Source of the DNA: the human T2T-CHM13v2.0 reference genome, Homo sapiens
DNA: 64,000 bases
Assembly: GCF_009914755.1 (NCBI RefSeq)
Contig: NC_060925.1
Strand: one strand, 5' to 3'
Shown here: positions 1-24,067 of the stretch, in pieces
How the letters are laid out: each line of letters opens with the position of its first letter
Position numbering within the stretch: the first letter of the stretch is position 1
Made by a program: the position numbers and the translations under genes
Notes under the pieces: generated by a model
Told to the model about the DNA's origin: nothing
What the model saw: only the letters and a program-made list of their open reading frames with translations
Databases searched by the model: none

Positions 1-859
1 ATAGATGAAGAAACTGAGGCACAGAGTGGTGCCAGAGCCCACAAGGCTGGTGAGCAGCTGAACAGGCATTTGAACCCAGGAAGTTTACTCCAAAACTCAT
101 ATTGTCTAAAGCACTGTATCATATAGACTTCAGGTAGATTATTTTATCTATGTATTTTATTTCAGAATAGTAAGCTATTTACTAAATACTGGTCCGATAA
201 AAATGAGATGCAATGGTCTCGAAGCTCTCTAGGCCTCTCCTACCTCTAAAATCCTTTTATTCTGGCTGTGTTCCTAAACACTCTTCTCATTCAAGTTAAC
301 CTGGAAGCAAGAGAACTTTCCTGAAGAGGCACCGTGTTATATCAAATTAGCGAGGCCATTTTGCTTTGTTTATTTATTTTATTTATTTTTTTGAGACAGT
401 GTCTCACTCTGTCACCCAGGCTGGAGTACACTGGCGCGATCTCAGCTCACTACAACCTCTGCCTCCGGGGTTCAAGCGATTCTCTTCCTCAGCCTCCTGA
501 GTAGCTGGGATTACAGGCATGCGCCACCACTCCCGGCTAATTTTGTACTCTTAGTAGAGACAGGGTTTCTCCATGTTGGTCAGGCTGGTCTCGAACTCCC
601 GACCTTAGGTGACCCGCCCGCCTCGGCCTCCCAAAGTGCTGGGATTACAGGCGTGAGCCACCACGCCTGGCTGCTTTGTTTTTTAACCACGATACTCAAG
701 TCTAGCAAAGATGCAATACAGGTTCTTAAACATTCCTGGAGGGAAGGCAACGAATGATCCCTTCTCAACATAAATTCAGCAACACGCCCCAAGAATTTAT
801 AAAATTCTCACATTCTTTGACTCTGGCTTCACTTCAGAACATCTTTCTTAAGGAAATAT

Positions 860-2750
<1,891 letters not shown>

Positions 2751-2772
2751 AAGGAAGTAATTTTAAATTTTA

Positions 2773-3108
<336 letters not shown>

Positions 3109-3476
3109 CTACAAACAGTTTTCTGGGCTGTGGTATAAGGTTCAGTGCAGACAAGCAGGAAGGAGCTAGAACTAGAAGGATTTTTCATGCTAAACCTTTA
3201 CCTGAAGGCCCAGGGAGCTTCAGAAGGAGGTGCCATGATCAACCTATGTGTTGGAAAGATCACTCTGACACCCCATGGAGGATGCACTATGGTGGGGCCA
3301 GACTAGGGTCTACTCAGGAGGCTGTTGTGAGACAAAAGGAACTAAGACAGTCGCGGTGGGCGGGGACAGGAAGTAAGACATTAACAACTGCCGCACATTA
3401 GACTGTGAGCCACACAAGGTCAGAAAGCAGATATGATTCCTGTATCAGAGTTCCTGCCTGTTACGCATTGAACGCT

Positions 3477-4188
<712 letters not shown>

Positions 4189-4298
4189 TCAAAAAAAAAA
4201 AAAACCTTGAAACACAGAGTGGGCAAGCAAATTTCCCAAGGTTTCCAAAGCTAGTTAAATGGCAGAGCCAGGATCTGATGCCTGGCAGGCTGACTTCA

Positions 4299-4661
<363 letters not shown>

Positions 4662-5527
4662 TCAGGACACTGCATGGGTTCGATGGCTCACGCCTGTAAT
4701 CCCAACACTTTGGGAGGCCGAGATGGGTGGATTGCTTGAGTCCAGGAGTTCAAGACCAGCCTGGGCAACATGGAGAAACCCGATCTCTACAAAAATACAA
4801 AAATTAGCCGGGTGCTGGTGGTGTGTGCCTGTAGTCCCAGGTACTCGGGAGGCTGAGGTGGGAGGATCACTTGAGCCCAGAGGCAGAGGCTGCAGTAAGC
4901 TGAGACCTGTGCCACTGCACTCCAGCCTAGGCAACAGAGTGAGACCCCTCCTCAAAAAAAAAAAAAAATAAGTGAGGATGACTCCCAGGTGTCTGGCTCA
5001 GATGACTTAGTAGGTAAGGTATCTCCATTTAATGAGACAGGAAAAAGAGAGGCGACATCAGATTTGTGAGGTGGAGGTTGGAGTCTGGGGAAACAACAAA
5101 TATGTTCTTGAAATGCTGAGTTTGAATTACCAAGAAGACAAACAAGTGATGTCCAATAGACTGCTGGACACATGGGTCTGGAACTCCAGAGAGGCGCATG
5201 GGTTAGAATTATAGACTTGGGAGCCATCAGTATACTTAATGTCAGGGTTTGAATGAGATCACCAAAGCACAGTGTATAGAAAGAGAAAGCAGATGACCCA
5301 AGACAGAGCCCTGAGGACACTGGAATTCACAGGGCAAGGGAAAGAAAAGAATCCTTTACTTCCTAGCAAAGGGTCTGTCGTGGAAACGACAAGTCAGGTT
5401 GTGGTGGCTTGAGGAATGAATAGAAAATGAATCACAGGGTAAATGTATGTGTTACAGGTGAGAAAGTGACAGATGGATTGATGGGCTGTGGCAGAGAATC
5501 AGTATGGAAATGACTGACTAGACACGG

Positions 5528-6925
<1,398 letters not shown>

Positions 6926-6927
6926 AT

Positions 6928-7042
6928 GTGTATGTATGTATATATGTACACATATACACATATAGCTATGTATGAACACATATACACATATATCTATGTA
7001 TGTACACATATACACATATAGCTATGTATATACACACACACA
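6928..7042. repeat. TA/CA compound repeat with ~28-bp unit (tatgtacacatatacacatatagctatg) x~3
   Basis: Direct reading. Confidence 0.8.
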
Positions 7043-7769
7043 AATGTTTTTCCCCCCAGACATTATTCAACCTCCTCATGACGTAAGAGGCAGAACAGTC
7101 CCACTGCCATGGGAATAGGTCATTGGAGTTAAAGTAGTAAAGGCCTTCAGCACTGAGAGGGCTGGAAGAGGCACTGAATTCATGCAGGATAAAAGAATGA
7201 CTAAAGGATGTGGGTCTGTTAGGCCCAAGAAACTCCATGCATTGAGTGATGAGAGAACTCCATGCATTGAGAGAACAGTAGCAATGAGGATGAGTAGTTG
7301 TAACAGCCTGACGATAACTATCTCAAGCTGGTACTACCCAAGAACAATGGTCTGGATGTGGCTGCAGGGGGCTGACTCCTTGGTTCTCACTGGCCTGTGG
7401 TATATGGAGAATGAGTAGTCCCCATTTATTAGGTTACAGAGAAATAAGTGTCCTCAGGAGACAACCTGGTTTCAGTTCATAATAATAGCTTCCATTTATT
7501 GAATGCACGGGGACTGTGGTACAGCAGTGTGATCAGAGCTTCTGAGTTAGACATTTCAGGTTAGAATTCAGGCTCAGCCACTTACTATACATGTGAGACT
7601 GGGCAGGCTACTTACCTTCTCTGAGCTTTCATGTCCTAGTGTGTAAAATGGAGAAAACGTCATTTACCATGCAAAAGATAGTACACTTAAAAAGTAAGCA
7701 TACAAGGGCCGGGCACGGTGGCTCACGCCTGTAATCCCAGCACTTTGGGAGGCCAAGGCAGGCGGATCA

Positions 7770-10506
<2,737 letters not shown>

Positions 10507-10522
10507 CTAGGCGGGCAGATCA

Positions 10523-10861
<339 letters not shown>

Positions 10862-12244
10862 TCATCCTTCATCACCGATAAAAAAAATTGGTAAGTTCAA
10901 AGGCCATCTCCTCTTCTCTATTTTCTGTCTCATCCCATGATTTTTAGATTTCAAGAGGACTTGTAGTAATGAATATAGGTGCTAAAAATTAATCTAAACA
11001 TGATTCAAATCTTTATGTATTCATGAAAATTTTACCTGTTATCAATCTTAGGGTTCCAGGTATTAATGGCAATTCTAAATGAAAGTCAAATATAATCATT
11101 TGCATAAAAGTATTAAGGATGATTAATTAGTATTTTCATGCAGCTGTGATCTATTCTGTGCTTTTAGAGCTGAAAATTTTTTACCAAAAACATTTACCTA
11201 TGCTAATCTACAGGAAATTGCAGAACATTCTCTAGTTTTCTGTGTACTCAGCCACATTTATAGCATTTTCATAACTGGGATCATATTTCATATTTTCTGA
11301 CTTTAAAAGGCATCAAAATTCTACACCCTTGAAAATTAGGTTGATTTCCACACCATTCCTTGAATATTTATGTGTTCAGTTCCAAAAGGATGATAGTGAT
11401 TAAATGTACTCGTGTTAACAAATTCCCATTTTTGTGTTTTGCATGATTTGGAGAATATGTATATTCCAGTTTCAAGGGGCCTAAACTTGAGGTGCCCTTA
11501 AAACTCAGTCACAAGGCTTAGGTAGAAAAGTGTTTTCAGAGAAATGATTTATCTATGCTGAATAAAAGCTGTAGCACTGGCAGCTCAGATCCAGTTGCGA
11601 TTGCTAAAGCATGTCCAGGCTGGTTATCTAATGCCTCTGCAGGAATTTAGGCCACACATTAATGCACTGAAGATAAAATCAATTTGAAAATTTATTAAAT
11701 CAAATGCCAATCCTGGCATAATACTCTATGTGCAGGAGAACCAGCCAACAATAATAGGAAGCCAATTATAGACTATAAACCACTCTGCTCAAACATCCTG
11801 GTTTGTTACTGACAGGGCCCCATTACACACAGTTTGCGTAAGTTAAATCCACTGATGAGACAGAACTGCTATACACACACACGCATGGGTGCGTGTCCCC
11901 GCTGCACCTAACATAAAGATGCAACTCAATTAACAGGAATGCTTATCGAGTGCAAAACCTCACAGCAACATCCTGAACATGAGATCCCCAAGAAATACCT
12001 TCTCATTCCTCCACAGCAGTGCAACTGAGCAGTGAAGCACTGGTTTTAAAATCAGCTCCAGATTCTTTTTTCTTTTTTTTCTTTTTCTTTTTTTTTGAGA
12101 TGGAGTTTCACTCTGTGGTCCAGGCTGGAGTGCAGTGTGGTAGTCTCAGCTCATTGCAACCTCCGCTCCCAGGTTCAAGTGATTCTCCTGACTCAGCCCC
12201 CAGAGTAGCTGGGATTACAGGTGCCTGCCACCATGCCCAGATAA

Positions 12245-12391
<147 letters not shown>

Positions 12392-12902
12392 TAATACTGC
12401 CCCTGCCACCAACTTGCTATTACTTCACCTCCTGATTTTCTCATTTATAAAATGGGATTAGCAATGATGAAGCCTATGTAGTAGCCTATGAAGATTAAAT
12501 TAGATCATGCACATGAAATTCTGAGCACAGTAGTACTCAACAGATGATGGCCAGTATTATCATTTTATTTCTCTATCTTCCTGACTGCCAGACCCCAAAA
12601 CAGCAAAGGAAACAGAAGTAACATGGCTAATATCACACTTCTGTTAACCTGTTTGGGGTGGTTAGCAGGGTTGCAAGTAGTGAAGAGGATTCTATTTACT
12701 TTCATGTGCAAGTGTGATCTGTGGAGAAAATAAGAGGTAGGGGCGGTTTTACAAATCTTTCCCATGGCCAGATATCCCTGTAAATTAATCCTTTGAAATT
12801 AGCATGTAGGCCAGGTGCGATGGCTCACTCCTGTAATCTCAGCACTTTGGGAGGCCGAGGCAGGCAGATCACGAGGTCAGGAGATCGAGACCACCCTGGC
12901 TA

Positions 12903-13118
<216 letters not shown>

Positions 13119-14343
13119 TTAGCATGTAGATATGCTGGATACCTTTTCATGTAGATCTGGGATCTGGTGGCTAAAAGGAAAGAATCTTCTACCCCATCCA
13201 TCCGCTGCTCCCTTAGTTAAGGCCCCAACACTTCTGTCCTGAACTGCTGCAACTATCATCCACCCACCATCCATAAATGTCTCTCAGCTTCTAGTCTCTC
13301 CAATTCATTCTCATTCCTTCAGCTGATATTTGTTGCATGCATAGTACAAATCAGGAACTGGGTTTACATAACAGGTACGGTCTCTGATTTAAGGAGCTCC
13401 TTGAATAACTTTCTGAGAATAGATCTGACCACGTAGCTGCTGTGCTTACCAACCTTCATGGCTCCCCACCGCCCAAAGCGGATTCACAACTAGAGACTGA
13501 TTCAGAATGATCTGGGTGGTACCTGGACGTGGACATTTTTAATAAACCACATAGTTGAATCTGATGTCTTCTCCAGATTGAGAAATGATCAATAAAGTTT
13601 CAAATTTCTTTCTTTCTGCCACCTCTGCCTCCTGGGCTCAGGCAATCCTCCCACCTCAGCCTCCCAAGTAGTTGGGACTACAGGTATGCACCACCATGCC
13701 TGGCTAATTTTTGTATTTTCTGTAGAGATGGGGTTTCACCATGTTAGCCAGGCTGGTCTCAAACTCCTGAGCTCAAGCAATCACTATCTGAAAATAGATT
13801 ACTAATTTGTGTACCTGTTTATTCTCTGTCTTCTCCAGTAGAATGTAAGCCCTACCAGGGCAGAGCGTGTTTCTTGTTTCCCACTATATCCTCAGTGCCT
13901 AGAATAGTGTATAGGATGTAGCATAAATCACCACTCTACCTATAGGAGCTTCAGTCACAGCATTTAACATGCTATTTGTATAATCCCTTCTAGTCAAGGC
14001 TCTCTTGGTTATTAAGAAACTGACTCAAGCTATTTTAAACAAGGGGCGAGGGAAGGGACAGAAACCATCGAAAGGACTTCAGGGGACGACGTGCAGCTGG
14101 GCTTTATGAAAAAGAACTCTGAATTCAGGGGCATTGCTCCCCTAATCCCAGGCCACAGTCTCTTCTCTCTGCTCCCCTGGGCTGCTTCTCCGTCCTCCTT
14201 CCTCTGTCCTATGTCTACTCGTCTCACATATGACCCAACATACACATGGCCCTACTGGCCCCTCACATCCAAGAGTCTACCTCAGTTGAAATTGAGAATC
14301 TGGGCTGGGCACGGTGGCTCACGCCTGTAATCTCAGTACTCTA

Positions 14344-14619
<276 letters not shown>

Positions 14620-15661
14620 TCAGCAGTTGAGTCAACTGTCTATCCCTGATCCAATCATCTATGGCCTCGGGGGTAGACGGGGAGGTACAAGGAAGGGGTG
14701 TCTAGTACCTCTTCTACTCTGATGACAACCAAACCTGCCTAGCACAAATCCAAACCCTCCAGAGAGACCAAATCTTGCCCCTTCTCCCAAAAATACCATG
14801 CTCTTTCATACTTCCACTGCCTTGTATTATTTCCTCAACCTGAAATGTACTGTCCCCACATCAACCTTTTTTTGTAAGTGTACAACTTAGCAGCATTTAA
14901 TGCAGTCACACTGTTATGCAACCATCACCACTGTCTAATCCCAGAACACTTTTATCACCACAGAAAGAAACCCTGTCCCCGCCCTAGCCCATGTAACCGT
15001 AATGTCTTCATTTCCCTTGTATATATGTAGAATTGAAAATTGTACATATTGGAATTGCTGGGTCATATGGCAAGTGTTTAACTTTTTGAGAAACTGCCAA
15101 ACTGTTTTTCAAAAGTGACTGCACCATCGCTTTATATTATTACCAGCAATGTATAAAGGTTCCAACTTCTTCATACCCTTCCCAAGACTTGTTATGGTCC
15201 ATCTTTTTTATGATAGCCATTCTGATGGATGGAACATGCTATCTCATTGTGTATCAACCTTTTCTATCTCATCCTTCAAAATCCAGCTCAAACATGCCCA
15301 CTGCAGCATCTCCTGATGTGCTCCAGGGCAGTTTTAGTTACCCCCTAGTATCACAGTACCATAATTCGTCTATGTCTCTATCCATACCCATTCATTCAGT
15401 ATCCACTGAGCACCTGCTGCATGCCAAGCACTATTTGAGGTGCTGAAGATACGGTGAACGAAACACAAAACAAAAAACAGCTATGCCTTTGTTGAGCTTA
15501 TATTTTGGTGGGGGAAACAAATAATTAAAAGGTCGAGGCCGGGTGCAGTGGCTCACACCTGTCTGCAATCCCAGCACTTTGGGAGGCCGAGGCAGGCGTA
15601 TCACCTGAGGTTGGGAGTTTGAGACCGGCCTGATCAACATGGAGAAACCCTGTCTCTACTA

Positions 15662-15868
<207 letters not shown>

Positions 15869-16146
15869 TTACAGAGGACACTAAAGCTTAGTGGGACAAA
15901 TAGGGTGGCCATGGAAAGCTTCACTCAAGCTAACATTTGAGCAAGAATTAAAGTTAAGTTTCCACTATGACACATCAGTGAGAGATGAGAGGGAGGTATT
16001 GGATATGGGTCTAGAATCCAGAGAATAGAGTCCAGGGAGATAGAACAGAAGTGTAGAAGCTAATGAGGAACCAGAAACCGAAACTGAGGTGTGGCAACTA
16101 AACTAGGTGAAAACTCAGGAGTGTAGTGTTCTAGAGGCAAAAACCT

Positions 16147-17116
<970 letters not shown>

Positions 17117-17597
17117 CTATGAAGACTATGTCTCTCCAAAAAAAAAAAAAAAAAAAAATTTTTTTTTTTGAGACAGAGTTTCGCTCGTCACCCAGGCTGG
17201 AGTGCAATGGCACGATTCTCCTGCCTCAGCCTCCCGAGTAGCTGGGACTACAGGCATGCATCACCCTGCCTGGCTAATTTTGTATTTTTAGAAGAGACGG
17301 GGTTTCGCCATGTTGGCCAGGCTGGTCTCGAACCCCTGGCCTCAGGTGATCCGCCCGCCTCGGCCTCCCGAAGTGCTGGGATTACAGGTGTGAGCCACCA
17401 CACCCAACCAAAAAATTTTAATTAGCTGGGCACAGTGACATGCACGTGTAGTCCTAGCTACTCAGGAGGCTGAGGTAGGATCGTTTGAGCCCGAGTTCAA
17501 GGTTACGGTGAGCTATGATCATGCCACTACACTCCAGCCTGGGTGACAAAACAAGACCCTCAAAAAAAAGTTATGAGAATTGACCATCGATCGGGGT

Positions 17598-17633
<36 letters not shown>

Positions 17634-18260
17634 CAGTCTTACTCTGTTGACCAGGTAGGAGCACAGAAGCATAATTTTGGCTCACTGCAACCTCTGCCTC
17701 CCAGGTTCAAGCGATTCTCGTGCCTCAGCCACCCAGAGTAGCTGGGATTACAGGCGTGTGCCACCACATCCAGCTAATTTTGTATTTTCAGTAGAGACGG
17801 GGTTTCACCATGTTGGGAGGCTGGTCTTGAACTCCTGGCCTCATGTGATCTGTCTGCCTTGGCCTCCCAAAGTGCAGGCATGAGCCACTGCACCCAGCCT
17901 CTGGCGATCTTTAACACGGGCTGTTCTGTGGAGTCAAAATCCTCATTGGTGCAAGCTCAAAGGAGAGAAGTAGAGAGCATAGATAGATAATTCTCAACTT
18001 GTACTAGAGAAGAGCAAAGAAGCGGGATGACAGCTGAAGGGGCAGATGCGGGGTCAAACAAGGATTTTTTTAAAATATGGAATACTAGCATGTTTATAAG
18101 CTCATGGGAATGATCTAGTAGGGGGAAAAGTTAATGAGCAGGACAGAGAAGGAAAATGGCTACACCTCTGGGCCCTTTGAACAGGTTAAGGGATGGAATT
18201 TAGCACACAAGTGGAAGAGCTTGCCTTAAATAGGGCAAGGACAGGCCGGGCAGTGGCTCA

Positions 18261-18644
<384 letters not shown>

Positions 18645-18769
18645 TTAAAAAGTCATAAGCTGAGAGGATGGCAAAGGTGTTAAAAATTTAAGAGAAAGTG
18701 TAAATGGGATAGAGAAATGTACTAGGATTGAGAGGTTTTGAGGCTCATGTGAGGTCATAGCTTTAGTTT

Positions 18770-18930
18770 TCAAGACAGGGTCTCACTATGTTGCCCAGGA
18801 TGGAGTGCAGTGGCTGTTCACGGGCACAATCATTTCACAATGTAGCCTCAAAACTCCTGGGCTCAAGTGATTCTCTTGCCTCAGCCTCCTGAGTAACTGA
18901 GACTTAATAGGCGTGTACCACCTGGCCCGG
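18770..18930 (-). mobile_element. Fossil Alu monomer (FAM-like)
   Basis: Monomer retaining a 7SL-like gtggctgttcacgggcacaatc segment. Confidence 0.55.
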
Positions 18931-19145
18931 GGAGGTCATGACCTTAGAGAGACTGAATCAGCATGTTCAGTTGTGTAAGTACTTAAGTGCACAGAAAGTG
19001 GAGTACTGAACTTAACCAAAAATGGATTTTAGCCAGGGAAGTACAATGCAACAAGAGATGGGGCAAGGCTGAAAAGCTGATTGTCACAGTGCATCACAGA
19101 ACCTAAGCTAGGTAATGAAGGACATGAAGAAGTGAAAAGAGGTGA

Positions 19146-19394
<249 letters not shown>

Positions 19395-19668
19395 TAGTAC
19401 TATAACCACCCACTGTAACTGTTTTATGTCTACATATCTGACACCCCCTCCAGACTGAGGTACTCCAAAGTGAAATGAGTGTCGTATCTTTTCCTAGTAT
19501 CTGAGCATGTTGTTACCTGGGTGGATGGATGCTTACCCATAGTGAAAGGGAAATTCCACACTCCCAAATCCTGATATATTAATACAGAGCTGTTACTTCC
19601 TCATTGTTCTTTAATACGAATTCAAGTACAAAGTTGCAATGCTTCACCAAAACCTATGGTATAAATAA

Positions 19669-19785
19669 GCTGGGTGCAGTGAGAGACTACTCAGAATGGC
19701 CATAGTATATGCGATTATTGACTCTGTGAATAGCCACTGCACTCCAGCCTGGGAAGCACTACACGACTCTGTCTCTAAAAAATAA
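19669..19785 (+). mobile_element. Degenerate FAM/7SL-derived monomer with TSD ctatggtataaa
   Basis: gtgaatagccactgcactccagcctggg plus flanking direct repeats. Confidence 0.5.
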
Positions 19786-20417
19786 TAATCTATGGTATAA
19801 ACCAAGCCTTTGACAAGATGCTGAATTCCTACAGGGTTGTATACAAGAACTGAACCAGAAAATGTACTAGATGTATCCCAGCTATGGTTAAGTTGGCTCT
19901 TCCTGAACACCTCAGTGACATAAAATCTTTGAATTTCCAAGCCTCTATTTTACCTCCTTGCAGTAAACTAGCAGGACCCAAAACAGTCCTTGAAAATAGC
20001 AGGCAAAGAAAGGGGAACAGATGTAAGTGAAATTTTGGTTTTGTTGTTGTTGTTTTGGGACAGGGTGTCTGTCACCAAGGCTGGAGTATAGTGGCATGAT
20101 CACAGCTCACTACAGCCTCAACCTCTTGGGCTCAAGTGTTCCTCTCACCTCAGCCTCCCAAGTAGCTGAGACTGCAAGCACACACCACCATGCCCAGCTA
20201 ATTATTAAACATTTTTTTTTTGTAGAGATGGACTCAACACATTACCCAGGCTGGTCTTGAACTCCTGGGGCTCAAGTGATCCGCCTGCCTTGGCCTTCCG
20301 AAGTGCTGGGATTATAGGCATGAGCCACTGCACCCAGCTTAAACTCCGCTTTATAAGCACAGACATAAACTCTTGAGGATGGAGGAAAAAAATGCACAAA
20401 GAGCGTGTAAAATATGT

Positions 20418-20423
20418 TTTATT
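20418..20423 (-). terminator. Distal polyadenylation signal AATAAA
   Basis: tttatt on +; followed on - strand by a GU/U-rich element (tttgtgcattttttttcc). Confidence 0.75.
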
Positions 20424-20716
20424 GTTCTTTAAAAGGGTTCAGGGTTTGGTTTTAAATCAGGCTGCACACCTTTCAAATCAATCTGACATCTCTCTATGTC
20501 AAACTGGCTTCAGCTAGCAATACTTCATTAAATCGAAAAGAAAAAAATTGCTTTAAGGAAAAAAAATCCAGTTTTAAGAACAATTAACATTAGTCTTTAA
20601 AATAAAAGGAGGGCTAATGTTTCATGTTGCTTTATACATCCTTCTCCTCAATACAGAACCAGGAATGTAATTTTCCTAACTCAGGCAGGCACTGATACTG
20701 ATGGACACTGCGCGTG

Positions 20717-20728
20717 CACACACACACA

Positions 20729-20765
<37 letters not shown>
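20717..20765. repeat. (CA)n microsatellite in the 3'UTR, (UG)n in mRNA
   Basis: Direct reading; one TA interruption. Confidence 0.95.
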
Positions 20766-20767
<2 letters not shown>

Positions 20768-21831
20768 CCTCCCCCCAAACAACAAAATTCAGAGTATGTC
20801 AAAGGAAAAAGGTTTGTTATTGTATTGATCAAAACCCAGTGGAATCAACACCATCTATCTTAGCTTAGCAGGTATGCTGTTTTGATCTTGAGTCTATATT
20901 AATGGAATCTATTGTTGCATTCTGAAATAAAGAATTTTGGATATACCATTATGTTTTAAAGTCCTAGAAACAATTTCGAAAAGCATTATTTTGTTTTGTT
21001 TTCTGGGATGGGAGAGGAGAGAATCTACAGATTTGCGTTTAGTTAAAAATCAAAACTCCAGCATAGGAAATAGGCAGTTCACATAGCCGGTCAACATGTG
21101 AGGTATCATCAGTGTGAGACAAGGTCCCGGTCTGTTCCTATTGGCCTAGCTGACGCTAACAAAATGGGAGGCTTATGGCTCTGCACAGCAAATTCCAGCA
21201 GGACAAGATGACTTTAAGCCCGTATTCAGAGCCCTAGAAGCAGGGCACTACTGAGTACGTAATATTTAGAGGTGAAAATAGTGCAAGAGCCCCTGATGGT
21301 GCCCCTCTACCTGCTTTGTCCATGCAGCCTGATCATAACTGCCTTCCACAAAGGAGCAGAAAAACAGCTTTTCTAGATCAGTACACTAAACCCAGCCAAG
21401 AATCTGCAAAAATGCTACTACACCGCTTCACAAGCAACACAGTCCCTTCACTACTCATTGGGTTGCACGATGTCTCTCTTCTACCCTGTTATGGCCTGTG
21501 GACACATACTCACTAGGCATCATTGTTGGTTTTAAACCAGGGATTTTTTTTTTTTAATCTCAAAAAACCTAGTAATAACAAGGCAATCAGTGGTTAAACT
21601 GAACTTTACATATAGGGGGCAGTTTGGAAAACACATACCACAAGCATTTCTCAAGTCGAAAATATGTGAATTTGCTGCTGCTCCTTTGACGGTTCCTGAA
21701 AATTCAGAGTACAAGTCCTAAAATAAAAATTTTAAGCTACCAGCATTCTCTGATACTAGACAGAAAATCAGAGTAACGCTACAGCCCACAATTCTACAGG
21801 GTGTAAAAAGTACGCTCACTGCCTGGACATC

Positions 21832-21837
21832 TTTATT
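21832..21837 (-). terminator. Candidate middle polyadenylation signal AATAAA
   Basis: tttatt on +, downstream actttttac on the sense strand. Confidence 0.5.
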
Positions 21838-22091
21838 GATGGCCTGGAGTCCTCCCTTTTAGAAGACAAGTTTCTGGGATAACCACTTAGCTTCATTGGT
21901 TAGGGAAGAGAAGAATTCGACTCTCAGGTAAGTTGAGAAGAGACTCCTCTTAAAATGCCATTTCTCCACTAATTTATCAAAATAAAAACAAAACAAAAGG
22001 CTCTTGGCTACTTTGCCTAGTATTAGATAGGGTTTTGAAGAAACTAACATGAACACCCTTTCATCAGTAAAGACTAAAAACCACCTGGAAA

Positions 22092-22164
<73 letters not shown>
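22092..22164. repeat. (TA)n microsatellite in the 3'UTR, one phase break
   Basis: Direct reading. Confidence 0.95.
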
Positions 22165-22167
<3 letters not shown>

Positions 22168-22621
22168 TGCTGTTTTTTTGGTGTTGTTTTGTTTTTTTTT
22201 TTTTTTTATCTAAAAGTGCCCAGGTGGGCTTAAGGCTGCCAGACTGCACGCACATCTACAGCAACAAGGGCTTCTATTCCATCTACAACTTGGATCGGGG
22301 GAAAAGGGAGATGTAGGAGAGGAAGGAAAAAAGAGGGGAAAAATATACCACCAACCCTCCCCCACAAAAAAAGGGAAAAAAAAAATCCCACCACAGGGAG
22401 ATCTATGTGCCAAGCATAATGGAAGAGTGTGCTCCCCAAACAGATGGTTTTGCACAGGCTAATGTTCTGCTGGTTTTCCTTAGAGACCTATTTTGAAAAA
22501 GTTTAAAAAGACAGGAGATTTCAAAATAATTCAATCCTGGCAGAAATTCAAACTCCAAAACTAGGAGCAAAATCATCCTTCACTGAATTAATTCCTTTTC
22601 TCTTTCTCTTTTCTTAAACAT

Positions 22622-22627
22622 TTTATT
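22622..22627 (-). terminator. Candidate proximal polyadenylation signal AATAAA
   Basis: tttatt on +, ~180 nt after the stop; no clear U-rich downstream element. Confidence 0.35.
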
Positions 22628-22806
22628 CATTTTATAGAGAGATTTCTTTTTTGTTTGCTTTTGTTCCAATCATTAGGAGAGTGGTTGAGGAGTACTGAAT
22701 CCATCACTACTTTGATGACACAGGTAATATTCCAGATTCACATTTCCAGGTACCAAGAGTTCCCTCTAAATGGCACAATCAAGTCAGCCTTCGTTTACAT
22801 TTCCTT

Positions 22807-22915
22807 CTACTGAACACAGCAATGCCCATTGGTATCTCTGAAGCGTAATCGCATCTTAGGTCGGTATTTCTCCAAATAAAGCAGCTGTTTGGAATTGAAC
22901 GCTCCCCTTCTTTTT
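22807..22915 (-). CDS. PTP4A2: PRL-2 exon 6 coding part ([35 protein letters not shown])
   Basis: Acceptor ttcag|A; TAG at 22809-22807; polybasic stretch plus CAAX box CCVQ; total CDS 96+93+131+75+109=504 nt. Confidence 0.97.
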
Positions 22916-23335
22916 CTGAAAATACAAGAATGGCAAACTTTATCATGTAAAAAAAGAGCTGTCTGATTCACTGAAATGCATTATTTACATCCTAAAGCCT
23001 TTCTAATTCCACACAGCTGAAAACCAGCATATTTCCCATACTACAACAATTCTTAAAGAGCTAAGTTGCAACATGAACTTTCTAAGCCCTCCTAGAAGGA
23101 ATAGAAAAATTTTTCTTGCTGACTGTCATTATAGTCTATTAACCATTTAATAAAGATCAGAATAGTTTCTACTTTCGTTTTCTTTTTTTAAAGGAAGGGT
23201 TGAAAGGGAAAGGGCAAGACAAAAATTGTCAAAGAATTCTGGATAACAAAATAGCATGATTCGTTATTCCAGATCAATGTCAAGATCCTGTCTGTGCACT
23301 ACCATCCTGATTTTGTCCCTGAATAGATCACTTAA

Positions 23336-23688
<353 letters not shown>

Positions 23689-23992
23689 CTAACAGAGAAT
23701 TATATTTGGAAGGTATTTGGAATCTATTAAAAGGGGCATTTTTGAGATTCCTAGATACTCAAAACAATATACTGGACACAGTCTATAATGTCCAAATTAG
23801 AAAACTTTTGAATCTGGAAACCAGCTGTACTGAGTCTCTATCACTTGCTCTAAATTTTTTACATCTTCAAATAATACTTCAAGCCAAAAAAAGCAAATTA
23901 TCCCATACTATAAATGAATATCCCTTCCATAATTCCTTCCTCATGCATGATCTTGCTTTCTGTGTTTCTGAACACAAAAACTTCATACTCAC

Positions 23993-24067
23993 TGTCTTAT
24001 AAACTGAACTGCATCTTCGTACTTCATTCCACATTCAATCAAAGCAAGTGCAACCAGCACAGGTGCC
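23993..24067 (-). CDS. PTP4A2: PRL-2 exon 5 ([24 protein letters not shown])
   Basis: Acceptor ctgcag|G, donor CA|gtgagt; 75 nt, phase 2-2. Confidence 0.97.

Larger units (their letters stand above)
20400..22806 (-). other. PTP4A2: 3'UTR (~2.4 kb)
   Basis: Transposon-free AT-rich stretch from the stop codon to the distal AATAAA; Alus resume just beyond (~20340). Confidence 0.8.

Noticed and set aside
7231-7271. 16-bp direct repeat aactccatgcattgag; similar 14-bp tandem at ~58142
   Set aside because: Two-copy slippage duplications, not arrays.
11606-11625. Possible p53 site aagcatgtcc aggctggtta
   Set aside because: Only one half-site fits RRRCWWGYYY.
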